DNA of 64,000 nucleotides from Deltaproteobacteria bacterium (GTDB lineage Bacteria; Myxococcota; Kuafuiibacteriia; Kuafuiibacteriales; Kuafuiibacteriaceae): NCBI GenBank assembly GCA_040218735.1, contig JAVJQW010000008.1, positions 352,001 to 416,000 of the forward strand, read 5' to 3'. Shown piece by piece: positions 54,797 to 64,000 of this stretch (position 1 is its first letter; each line of letters starts with the position of its first letter). The notes under the pieces were generated by a model. It saw only the letters and a program-made list of their open reading frames with translations, ran no database searches and was not told where the DNA came from. The position numbers and the translations under genes were made by a program.

Positions 54797-55654
54797 ATGG
54801 GAGGATGGGGGCGTTGCCCCGCGTGTGACGCGGGGACCGTGGACGAGGCGGGGCGGCGTCGGTGCCCGTCCTGCGGGCATCGGACGTGGGCGCTGAGCGT
54901 CGATTTGGATCGTCCGTCGCCCCTCGACGACGTCGCGCTCAAGGCGGCGCTCTCGAAGCAGCGCCGCGCGGAGTTCCACGGGATGCTCGCTGCGCTGGGA
55001 TCCGTGCAGCGGATCGTCGACGTGGGGTGTTCGACGGGGGAGTTTCTCGATGTCTGTTGTGAGCGGGGTATCGACGCGGTCGGCGTGGAGCCGGACCCGC
55101 GTGTGGCGGAGGTCGCGCAGCGCAAGGGCCACGACGTTCGTGAGGGGTTCTTCGATGCGGTGGCGCTCTCGTTGGGATCGGCGGACGTCGTCGTGTTCAA
55201 CGACGTGCTCGAGCACATCCCGGACGCAGAGGCGGCGCTGCGGACGGCGAAGACGATCGGCTCACGACTCGCGATCTCCCTCCCCAACGGGGAGGGCGCG
55301 TTCTATTCAGTGGCGCGGCTGCTCGAAAGCGTAGGGCGCGACGGTCCGATGCGGAGGCTTTGGCAGGCCGACTACCCGTCGCCCCACGTGCACTACTTCA
55401 CGCCACGAAGCCTGCGGACCATGGCGCGGCGCGCGGGGTGGGCCGAGGTTTCGTTCGAGGCGCGCGTCGCGGTGGATCCGTCAGGCGTGTGGGAGCGCGT
55501 GCGGGCGGATCGTTCGAGCTCCGTCGCGTTCGCGGCGTTGGTGTGGGGGGGCGTGCGGTTGGGGTGGCCCGTCCTGCGCAGGGCGCCGAAGGACATCTCG
55601 GTACACGTGTTCACCGATGCCCTGGGTGTGAAGCCGAGGATGATCTACAAGTAG
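54797..55654 (+). CDS. Class I SAM-dependent methyltransferase with N-terminal zinc-ribbon Cys pairs
   Basis: CPAC...CPSC; IVDVGCSTGEF; DVLEHIPD; HVHYFT. Confidence 0.82.
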   Translation: MGGWGRCPACDAGTVDEAGRRRCPSCGHRTWALSVDLDRPSPLDDVALKAALSKQRRAEFHGMLAALGSVQRIVDVGCSTGEFLDVCCERGIDAVGVEPDPRVAEVAQRKGHDVREGFFDAVALSLGSADVVVFNDVLEHIPDAEAALRTAKTIGSRLAISLPNGEGAFYSVARLLESVGRDGPMRRLWQADYPSPHVHYFTPRSLRTMARRAGWAEVSFEARVAVDPSGVWERVRADRSSSVAFAALVWGGVRLGWPVLRRAPKDISVHVFTDALGVKPRMIYK

Positions 55655-55659
55655 ACTCG

Positions 55660-56112
55660 ATGCGAGGAGCGGTCCGATGTTGCGTCGTGGCGGCGATGGC
55701 GTGCGCAGGAGCGTGCGTCACAATCGACCCACCCAGAGCCGGCCCGGACCTCCCGGAGCGCGCCGCGCGCAACCTGCGTTGCAGCATCAGGGAGGTCGTC
55801 GCCGTCGAGCCACCGAAGTGTCCTCCGAGCGACACCTTCTGCAGGAGCGTCGCGTCCTACGCGGGATGCGGAAGAATCGCCGACTACGTCCAAAGGTGCA
55901 CCCCCTCCTCCGTCCTCGTCGACGGCCATTTCCAACCCGGGACTGCCTGCAGCTGGCACTTCGCGCGGCAGCGGCCGGCGAGCCGAGAGGACGCGATTCG
56001 GGAGGTGGAGGAAGCGCGCGCGGCGATTCGCGCGCCGCGCACGTCCGCGACCCAAACCGGCACGACGTCGGTGCGTCGCGAGCCGCGGGATCCGTTCGTC
56101 GCGGACGAGTAG
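55660..56112 (+). CDS. Hypothetical Cys-rich lipoprotein
   Basis: ATG 5 bp after the upstream stop; AGAC lipobox-like motif; six further Cys. Confidence 0.55.
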   Translation: MRGAVRCCVVAAMACAGACVTIDPPRAGPDLPERAARNLRCSIREVVAVEPPKCPPSDTFCRSVASYAGCGRIADYVQRCTPSSVLVDGHFQPGTACSWHFARQRPASREDAIREVEEARAAIRAPRTSATQTGTTSVRREPRDPFVADE

Positions 56113-56144
56113 CGGGCGGGACTTCGAGCTGTCGCCGAACGGAA

Positions 56145-56674
56145 TCACCGGCGGCATCGGCACCGGCCCCGGATCCACGGCGGGTTCGCCGGGCCATCGC
56201 CGGTCATGACGAGCGAGCCGACGCACAACGCGTTTTCGTACACCGCGTCGATCTCGGCGCGGATGCCCTTCAGCGCGGCGGCGTCGAGGCACTTGGGATC
56301 GGACAGCGTCTTCGCGAACTGCACGGTCACGCGCACCGGAACGTCCGGTTGCGCTTCAACCCCTTACCCATCTCCTCGTTGTACGGGCCTTCCGTCGGGC
56401 CGTGGCCGATGACCGCGTCGTCGAGGTCCGGTCCGCCGCGCGAGGCGAACGCGACGGTCTCCAGGACGCCGCCCCCGAACGGGCGCGCGGGTCGCGGGTG
56501 CTCGGGGATCAGCGGGACCTGGATGAACGGGATGCGGTTTGCCTGGTCCGCGTTGCCCTGGCCGCGACCGGAGGTGTCGACGGCGACGTCCGACTGCGCG
56601 GCGCGCTCGGCGGTGAGCGGTGCGCGCTTGCCGTTTTCGTTGAAGTGCAGGCGATCCGCACCGAAGTGAAGGGT
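56145..56674 (-). pseudogene. 5'-truncated, frameshifted remnant of a hypothetical protein gene
   Basis: A start-less frame from 56674 reads RLHFNENGKRAPLT...FIQVPL...DAVIGHGPTEGPY...LKRN. After a 1-nt shift near 56348 it continues PDVPVRVTVQFAK...IDAVYENALCVGSLV. Codon usage is coding-like, with stops TGA-TAA immediately upstream. Confidence 0.6.
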
Positions 56675-56680
56675 TTATCA

Positions 56681-56694
56681 GGCTCTGTTGTAAG
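56681..56694 (+). mobile_element. Isolated IS6-family-like terminal inverted repeat remnant
   Basis: GGCTCTGTTGTAAG matches 12/14 of the IS6100 IR as recalled (GGCTCTGTTGCAAA). It sits in an AT-rich patch at the pseudogene truncation point; no transposase is present. Confidence 0.35.
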
Positions 56695-56801
56695 GGGTTG
56701 TCATGATTCTGGGACACCGTCGCTGGACTCGAGGTCTAGCTGAGACTTTTGGCCGGTCGTCGGATTTGGCCCTCGTGGCGGGGCCTTCGTAGCATCCGCG
56801 C

Positions 56802-57821
<1,020 letters not shown>

Positions 57822-57829
57822 GGCACGAC

Positions 57830-60568
57830 CTACGGTTCGGGGAGCACGCTCGACCCGGGAAGCGCAGCGCACAATCCACCGGCCTGGTCCTCACCCACCA
57901 CGAGGACGTCCGCGTTGCCGGACGGGATCGGTGCCATCGTCATCGGATAGTTGCCGAGCGGGTACGCCGTGATGCGCCCTCGGTTCGGCTGTCCGGCCGT
58001 CATGCCGCCGAACCGCGAGCCCACCACGATGTCGGCGACGAGATCGCCGTTGATGTCGGCGCCGATGTCGACGGTCAAGCCGAGCTCCTCGCGTGCGCAG
58101 TTCATCGCGTTGACACACGAGCCTTCGATGACGGCGTAGGGCTGCGTCGACGGCGCCGCGGCCCCTTCGTAGACGTACACGCGGCCGACGGAGCCCATGT
58201 GCATCGGCGCGGTCGCGACGAGGTCCGGGTACCCGTCGCCCGTCACGTCGTCTCCGCCGGCGAGGGCGCTGCCGAACATACCGACCTGCGCGAGGCGGAG
58301 GTCGGGCGCTGCGTTGGACGTCCAGCTCGTGCGGCCGAAGTACACGTGCACCATGTCCTTCACGGGGCTCGAGATCGCGAAGTCCTCGAGACCGTCGCGG
58401 TTGAAGTCGAGGAGGCCGACGATCGACCAACCGTAGGCTTCGGCGTCACTGCCGCCGCTCAATGTGAAGGTCGGGGCGGTCGGGGACATGGCGGTGTTGG
58501 CCGGCGACATGTAGACCGCGACGCGGCCCTCCGCGACGCTCGCCGGCGCGTACTTCGGTTCGCCGATCGCGAGGTCGGGCCAGCCGTCGTAGTCGATGTC
58601 GCCGATCATCGCGACGGAGCGTCCGAATTCGGTGCCCGCCGACTGCGCGGTGAGGTGCGCGACGAAGTCGGTCGTCGACGGCCAGAAGCCGGGCTGTCCG
58701 GCGAACACGAACACTTGGCCGACGCTGTTGCCGTCGACGCCGGGGGCTCCGACGATCAGGTCGCCGATCCCGTCGACGTCGAGATCCTCGATCGCGAGCG
58801 CCGCGCCGAACGCGTCGCCGTTCGACATCCCCGCGAGGACGGGGCCGGTACCGCCGCCGACCATGCCGCTCCCGACGAGGCCGGGGCCGCCGAAGAGGAT
58901 GTGCACGGCGCCGCGACCGCTCTCGCCGGGGGCGCCGATCGCGAGGTCTTCGTAGCCGTCGCCGTCGAGGTCACCGACCGCGATCGACGAGCCGAATCCG
59001 GAGCCTGGCGCCGCGCCTTGGTAGGAGCGGTCGACTTGGTTGATGCCCATCGCGGACTGCGACTTGGGGCCGAACATGACGTAGACGCGACCGACGTCGG
59101 CTTGGGTTCCGGCGTCGACTCCGGGCGCGCCGAACACGAGGTCTTCGTAGCCGTCGCCGTTGAGGTCGCGCGGGATCGCGACGGGGACATCGGTGTCGAA
59201 GATCGCGAAGACCTCGCGCGCCGTCGCCATGTCGACGACACACGTCCCGTTGCCGGTGCACGCGCCTTCCCAACCCTTGAACGTCGAGCCCCCCGGTTCG
59301 GGCGTGGCGTACAGCTCCACCGTCGCGTTGCGCGCGAACATGTACGAGCACTGCGTGCCGCAGTCGATGCCGGCCGGGTTCGAGGTGACGTGGCCTTCGC
59401 CCGTGCCTCCGTAGCCGACGAGGAGCTCGACCCGCGCGGAGCCGTCGTCGTGCATGAAGGAGCCGGCGACGTAGCGCGGACCGTCCATCGTGACGACGCA
59501 GTTGTCGACGCCGCCGCAGTCGCCGAACCAACCGGCGAAGCCGGAGGTCGCACCGGCTTCGTGGCGGAGGGTCACGCGAGTGTTCGCCGGGAAGCTGCCG
59601 GTGCACATCGCGTTGCGGCAGTCGATCCCCGCGGGTTCGGAGTAGATACGTCCGTTGCCGCCGCCGTGCAGGTTCACTTGCAGGTCGTGTTGTCCGGACG
59701 TCTGGCGGACCTCGAAGCGCGCGTCGAGGATGGTGTCGTTCATGAGGACGAACGTGCAGTCGCCGGAGCCCGTGCACGGGGCGGCCTCCCATCCGGCGAA
59801 TGCAGAGTTGTTGTCGGGCGTGCCTTGCAAAGTCACGCTGCTGCCGACCTCGACCTCTGCAAGGCAGGTTGCGCCGCAGTCGATTGCGCCCGACGTCGAT
59901 TGAACGTGGCCCGCGCCGCCGCCGACTTTGTTGACCTGGAGCGTTACGGTGTCGGTCGGACCCTTGGCGTCGTCGACGCAGGCCACCGTGGCGGCGTCGC
60001 AGTGTTGGTCGGCGCCGCATTCGACGACCACCGGCGGGTCGCCGTAGCGTTCACACACTTCGTAGCCGGTGCCGGACTCGTTGCACTGTCCGGGGCCCGG
60101 ACGGCAGAGGTCGGTTTCGGCTTCTTCCGGCACCGAACCGAGCTGGTCCTCCGTGAGCTCGGCCGGGGCGCAGCCCACCTCCGTGCACGTTTCGCTCTCG
60201 CCGCACGCGACGCCGCGACACGCGCTCGCGATGAACATCGGGATGCGCATGCGACCGACCGGCGGAAAGCCGACGATCGCACGCCGCAGCACGACGTCGT
60301 TTCCGGCGTCGTCGAGCGCGGTGACCTCGACGACGAGCGGGCTACCGTCTTCGGGAGGGAGCACGCCTAGGGAGATCGGGAGCGGTGTCTCGGGGAGCGC
60401 GAAGGTTGCGCCGTCGGACGACGCACCGCCTTGCGCCGTGGCGAGGACGTCGATGCCGATCGCGTCCTCGGGGATCGTGAGGTCCGTGTCGACGACGACG
60501 ACGAATTGCTCGGCATCCGAAGCACACGCCGCGAGCGTGAGTGCGAGGGTGGCGATGGCCCGTTTCAT
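57830..60568 (-). CDS. Lipoprotein with three divergent InlB-B-type repeats and FG-GAP (integrin-alpha-like) propeller
   Basis: LAAC lipobox; 3x G.G.V.S.P.GIDCG..C...F.GW.G.C.G...C; seven D.NGDG..DL..GAP-type repeats; ATGA overlap with the upstream gene. Confidence 0.85.
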   Translation of the reverse strand: MKRAIATLALTLAACASDAEQFVVVVDTDLTIPEDAIGIDVLATAQGGASSDGATFALPETPLPISLGVLPPEDGSPLVVEVTALDDAGNDVVLRRAIVGFPPVGRMRIPMFIASACRGVACGESETCTEVGCAPAELTEDQLGSVPEEAETDLCRPGPGQCNESGTGYEVCERYGDPPVVVECGADQHCDAATVACVDDAKGPTDTVTLQVNKVGGGAGHVQSTSGAIDCGATCLAEVEVGSSVTLQGTPDNNSAFAGWEAAPCTGSGDCTFVLMNDTILDARFEVRQTSGQHDLQVNLHGGGNGRIYSEPAGIDCRNAMCTGSFPANTRVTLRHEAGATSGFAGWFGDCGGVDNCVVTMDGPRYVAGSFMHDDGSARVELLVGYGGTGEGHVTSNPAGIDCGTQCSYMFARNATVELYATPEPGGSTFKGWEGACTGNGTCVVDMATAREVFAIFDTDVPVAIPRDLNGDGYEDLVFGAPGVDAGTQADVGRVYVMFGPKSQSAMGINQVDRSYQGAAPGSGFGSSIAVGDLDGDGYEDLAIGAPGESGRGAVHILFGGPGLVGSGMVGGGTGPVLAGMSNGDAFGAALAIEDLDVDGIGDLIVGAPGVDGNSVGQVFVFAGQPGFWPSTTDFVAHLTAQSAGTEFGRSVAMIGDIDYDGWPDLAIGEPKYAPASVAEGRVAVYMSPANTAMSPTAPTFTLSGGSDAEAYGWSIVGLLDFNRDGLEDFAISSPVKDMVHVYFGRTSWTSNAAPDLRLAQVGMFGSALAGGDDVTGDGYPDLVATAPMHMGSVGRVYVYEGAAAPSTQPYAVIEGSCVNAMNCAREELGLTVDIGADINGDLVADIVVGSRFGGMTAGQPNRGRITAYPLGNYPMTMAPIPSGNADVLVVGEDQAGGLCAALPGSSVLPEP

Positions 60569-61293
60569 CGACGACCTCCCAGCGGCTGCAGGACGACGTC
60601 CGCGGTTCCGCCGTAGGTCGACTCCTTGGAAGTCGCGACGACCCCGAGCGCGACGGCGCCGCCGACCACCGCGGCGCCGGTGATGATCCAGAAGACGGGG
60701 CTCGAGAGGACGGAGTCGTCCTGCTCGGCGGTGGGGGCTGGTGCCGTCGCGACCGCTGTGGGGGGCGGCGGCGGGGGAGGTGCGGACTCGATGACCGCCT
60801 CGGCGGCTTCGCGCGCGCGTGCTTCCGCTTCGGCGATGGCGGCCGCGCGCTCGGCTTCGCGGCGCTCCGCTTCTTCGCGCTCGCGAAGTGCGGCGGCCTC
60901 TTCGGCGCGTTTGTCTTCCTCGGCCTTCCTCGCGGCTTCGGCTTCGCGATCGCGACGCTGCTTCGCCGCGATCTCCTCGAGCAGCGTGAGCGTCTCGCGG
61001 ACCTCCGACGCGTTGTCGGGCTCGGTCGCGATGTACTCCTTGAAGTAGACGATTGCGTCGTCGTAGCGGCGCAAGGATCGGAGGCACTGCGCGAGGCCGA
61101 AGATCGTCGCGGGGCGGTGGCCCGATTGTTCGTACGCCTTCTCGAAGTAGGGGAGGGCGGCGCGGAACTCTTCGGCTTCGAAGTAGCGCGTCGCCTTCAC
61201 GTAGGCGGCGCGGCCTCCGTCGTCTTCCGCGTGGGCTCGCGTCGCGACCGTCAATGCCGCCACGCACGCGATCCAGATCGCTCGTTTCACCAT
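60565..61293 (-). CDS. Exported TPR protein with Pro linker and C-terminal hydrophobic segment
   Basis: Signal peptide ending AHA; TPR ALPYFEKAYE...LAQCLRSLRRYDDAIVYFKEY; tail PVFWIITGAAVVGGAVALGVV. Confidence 0.85.
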   Translation of the reverse strand: MVKRAIWIACVAALTVATRAHAEDDGGRAAYVKATRYFEAEEFRAALPYFEKAYEQSGHRPATIFGLAQCLRSLRRYDDAIVYFKEYIATEPDNASEVRETLTLLEEIAAKQRRDREAEAARKAEEDKRAEEAAALREREEAERREAERAAAIAEAEARAREAAEAVIESAPPPPPPPTAVATAPAPTAEQDDSVLSSPVFWIITGAAVVGGAVALGVVATSKESTYGGTADVVLQPLGGRR

Positions 61294-62666
61294 GGCACCA
61301 GCTCCCGTTTCTTCACGACGCGCTTCTTCTCTTTCTCGACCGGCTCCTTCGGAACGAGTCGAGAGGGTCGACGTCTCAATCGCCGCCGGCGCGTCGCGGG
61401 CGGCGGTTGTTTCTTCGGCTCGGGCTTCTCTTCGGGGGCGGCCTTTTCACCGGGCTCGTCCTGCGGCGCGGCCTTGTCCTCGGCGTCGACCGACTCCGCG
61501 GCGGGCGCGTCGACGGAGGCCGGCTCGGGTTTGGTGTCGTGCGCGGGCGCTCGGGCCGGGGTCGCCTCGACCGGGGTGGCGATGACTTCGGGCTGGCTTC
61601 GCTGCCACGCGAACACACCGAGGGCGGCCGCGAGCGCGAGCGCGGCGATGCCTCCGGCGACGAGGGGCCAACGGCTGCGGCCTCCCGCCGGGGGCTCTTC
61701 GATCATCGACGCCATCGCGTTGGCCGCGGTGGGTTCGGGATCCTTGGCCTTCTCGGGGCGGAGGCTGGCGAGGCGGCCGGAGAACTCGGGGCCTTCGTCG
61801 CGCGCGAGCACGATGAGCTCGGAGAGCGCGTTGGCGAGCTCGGCGATCGACGGGCGCTCTTCCGCATCGAGCGCGAGGCACCAGTGGATCAGCTCGCGGA
61901 CGGACTCGGCGGCGGGGAGGTCGGCCGGGAACACGAGCTCGGGGACCTCACCGAGGAGCTTCTGCGAGAGCATGGGCATCCGGTCGCCCGAGAAGAGGCG
62001 GGAGCCTGTGATCATCTCGTAGAAGATCTCGCCGATCGCGTAGATGTCGGTGGCGCCGGAGACCGGGTTGGCGGCGATCTGCTCGGGCGCCATGTACGAG
62101 GGCGTGCCGAGCATCGAGCCGGTGACGGTCTTGTGGTCGACGTCGCCGTCGACGGACTTCGCGATGCCGAAGTCGAGGATCTTGACGGACGGGACGGCGG
62201 AGAGATCGGTGTTCAGGTCGCCGAGGACGAGGACGTTGTCCGGTTTGAGGTCGCGGTGGATGACGCCGACGGCGTGGACCGCTTCGAGCGCGCTGACGAG
62301 TTGGAAGGTGACGTTGATGGCCTGCTCGAGCGTGAGCCGGCGCTCTTTCAGGAGGCGGCCGAGCGAGGGGCCCTCGACGAGCTCCATGACGTACGCGACG
62401 CGACGTGGGTTCTCGAGCTCGATGAAGTCATAGATGTCGACGATGTTGGGGTGCCTGACGTCGTTGACGATCTTCGCTTCGCTGAGGAAGCGACTGACGT
62501 ACTCCTGGGACGATACGAGGGAGGGCGCCAGCAGCTTGACCGCCGTCCGTCGTCCGAGGCGCGTGTGGGTCGCTTCGTAGACGCAACCCATTCCGCCCTG
62601 CCCCAGGACGTTCTGGAGTCTGTAGCCGCCGATGACCTCGCCTATCTCTGCGGGCCGTTCGGACAT
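61287..62666 (-). CDS. Transmembrane Ser/Thr protein kinase
   Basis: LGQGGMGCVY, AVKLL, HRDLKPDN, DFG and YMAPEQ; transmembrane helix; Pro/Lys-rich tail. Confidence 0.93.
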   Translation of the reverse strand: MSERPAEIGEVIGGYRLQNVLGQGGMGCVYEATHTRLGRRTAVKLLAPSLVSSQEYVSRFLSEAKIVNDVRHPNIVDIYDFIELENPRRVAYVMELVEGPSLGRLLKERRLTLEQAINVTFQLVSALEAVHAVGVIHRDLKPDNVLVLGDLNTDLSAVPSVKILDFGIAKSVDGDVDHKTVTGSMLGTPSYMAPEQIAANPVSGATDIYAIGEIFYEMITGSRLFSGDRMPMLSQKLLGEVPELVFPADLPAAESVRELIHWCLALDAEERPSIAELANALSELIVLARDEGPEFSGRLASLRPEKAKDPEPTAANAMASMIEEPPAGGRSRWPLVAGGIAALALAAALGVFAWQRSQPEVIATPVEATPARAPAHDTKPEPASVDAPAAESVDAEDKAAPQDEPGEKAAPEEKPEPKKQPPPATRRRRLRRRPSRLVPKEPVEKEKKRVVKKRELVPW

Positions 62667-62721
62667 GTCCGACGATCTTCATCGACCGAAGTGTTCCGAA
62701 TTGAACCCGGCGAGCCGCCGG

Positions 62722-63408
62722 TCAGATGATGCTCTTGGGGCGGGGGCGGACGCGGTACATCTGCCCGTTGGCCTCGAGCTGGAGGCGCTGCGCGCGGACG
62801 GCGGATTGGACCCAGCCTTCGTAGGCGTCCGCGGCGAAGTTGCGCCAGGCCTCGGGATCGATCGCTTCGCGTTCGCCGCGCTCGTGGCGATTCAAAGCGA
62901 GACGGTGGCGGCTCCAGATCTCCTCGACGGTGTCGGCGTCGAGCACGACCTGGGCCTCGACCTGCGGCGGGCGGCGCAGGGAGTCGAGCGGGGCGAGGGT
63001 GGTGGTCTCGATCCGGCGGCCCCCCGAGAGCGGCGTGATGATGTGCAGCATCAGCTCGGCGCGTGGGTGGAGTCCGGACTCGATCCCCATCAGGAAGATC
63101 GTGCACTCGTCGTGGTGGACGAACGGGACGATCAACATGCGGTAGCCAAAGCTCTGCAAGGCGGGGACGCGCGCCGGCAGATCTGCGACGACGAACCCCA
63201 TCCGGGTGAGCTTGTCGGTGAGGAAGTCCAGGGGTGCGCGGGCGTCGGCGGGGATGTCGTCACTGGGGATGTCACGGACCTCGAACCGCTTGGGGAGGCG
63301 CCCCCGGGCCCCGAGGAAGAGCCGGCCTCGGCGTCCGGTCGCGAGGAGGAGCAGGATGCCTCCGAGCGCGGCGAGCGCCACGGCGATGTAGATCTCCGTG
63401 GTGCCCAT
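62722..63408 (-). CDS. Hypothetical membrane-anchored protein
   Basis: N-terminal transmembrane segment (IYIAVALAALGGILLLLA) then a globular domain with host-like codon usage. The ORF extension to 63864 looks non-coding. Confidence 0.7.
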   Translation of the reverse strand: MGTTEIYIAVALAALGGILLLLATGRRGRLFLGARGRLPKRFEVRDIPSDDIPADARAPLDFLTDKLTRMGFVVADLPARVPALQSFGYRMLIVPFVHHDECTIFLMGIESGLHPRAELMLHIITPLSGGRRIETTTLAPLDSLRRPPQVEAQVVLDADTVEEIWSRHRLALNRHERGEREAIDPEAWRNFAADAYEGWVQSAVRAQRLQLEANGQMYRVRPRPKSII

Positions 63409-63673
63409 ACCAAGCAGCATCCCAGCTTTTGCACGGACCTGCCACACCGCGGGGATCGTGCTAGGTCTCGGGCAACGAAATCCGTGGGCGCTGTGTCTCG
63501 TTGCAGCATCCCCGGAGAAGGGCGACATGGCGGATTCGGGGCGTTGGGGTCGGATGTTGTCGCGGTGGGGCGTACGCGTCATGGACGGCGTGGTGAGCGC
63601 CGTCGCCCGGCGTCCGGTGCGCACGGGCGCCGCCGACGTCGTCGTGAGCTCGCCGGGGGCGCTGGCTGCGCGC

Positions 63674-64000
63674 GCGGACGCAATGAAATCCGCGGGGCCG
63701 TCGGCGGACGCAATGAAATCCGCGGGGCCGTCGGCGGACGCAATGAAATCCGCGCCGCCGTCGCCGGACGCAATGAAATCCGCGACGTCCGCGACGCCAA
63801 CCGTGCCGGGCGCGCCCGGCCCCAGCGCAACGAGGGCCGAGGAGCGACGGTCGATCGCAACCAAACCGGAGGCATCATCGGCGGACGCAATGAAATCCGC
63901 GCCGCCGTCGCCGGACGCAACGAAATCCGCGCCGCCGTCGCCGGACGCAATGAAATCCGCGCCGCCGTCGCCGGACGCAATGAAATCCGCGCCGCCGTCG
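63674..64000. repeat. 30-bp tandem repeat array in two blocks of four units, running off the window
   Basis: Core (G/C)CGGACGCAATGAAATCCGC at 63674, 63704, 63734, 63764 and at 63881, 63911 (one substitution), 63941, 63971; near-identical 10-bp linkers. Confidence 0.92.

Noticed and set aside
63674-64000. CRISPR array
   Set aside because: Linkers are 10 bp and nearly identical rather than unique ~30-bp spacers, and there are no cas genes in the window.

Overview
High-GC bacterial DNA with a gene content typical of Myxococcota (taxon inferred): many Cys-rich lipoproteins, Hanks-type kinases, an ECF-kinase pair and an ElbD-like ether-lipid enzyme. Housekeeping and metabolic genes include thrS, a hemF-like gene, acyP, an RsmB/NOP methyltransferase, a RavA/ViaA-like pair, yceI with tetR, and a B12 radical SAM enzyme. 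A selenocysteine tRNA (5204-5300, anticodon TCA) is followed by ~204-bp tandem repeats that start with its own 3' end. The main candidate for a new system is a four-gene minus-strand operon (13027-29068) that looks like a Sec-exported, lipid-anchored Tc/ABC toxin injection machine. It comprises a small lipoprotein, a 1946-aa lipoprotein with a TcA-like channel and TcB-binding C-terminus, a Cys-rich adhesin lipoprotein, and a signal-peptide-bearing SpvB/FG-GAP/RHS (TcB-TcC) fusion with a 160-aa cationic cargo. Other oddities are a pseudokinase, a CblC/MMACHC-like protein, two distant paralogous propeller lipoproteins, a frameshifted gene remnant next to an IS6-like end, and a 30-bp hairpin tandem array at the right edge. 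All protein calls come from motifs read by eye; no searches were run.
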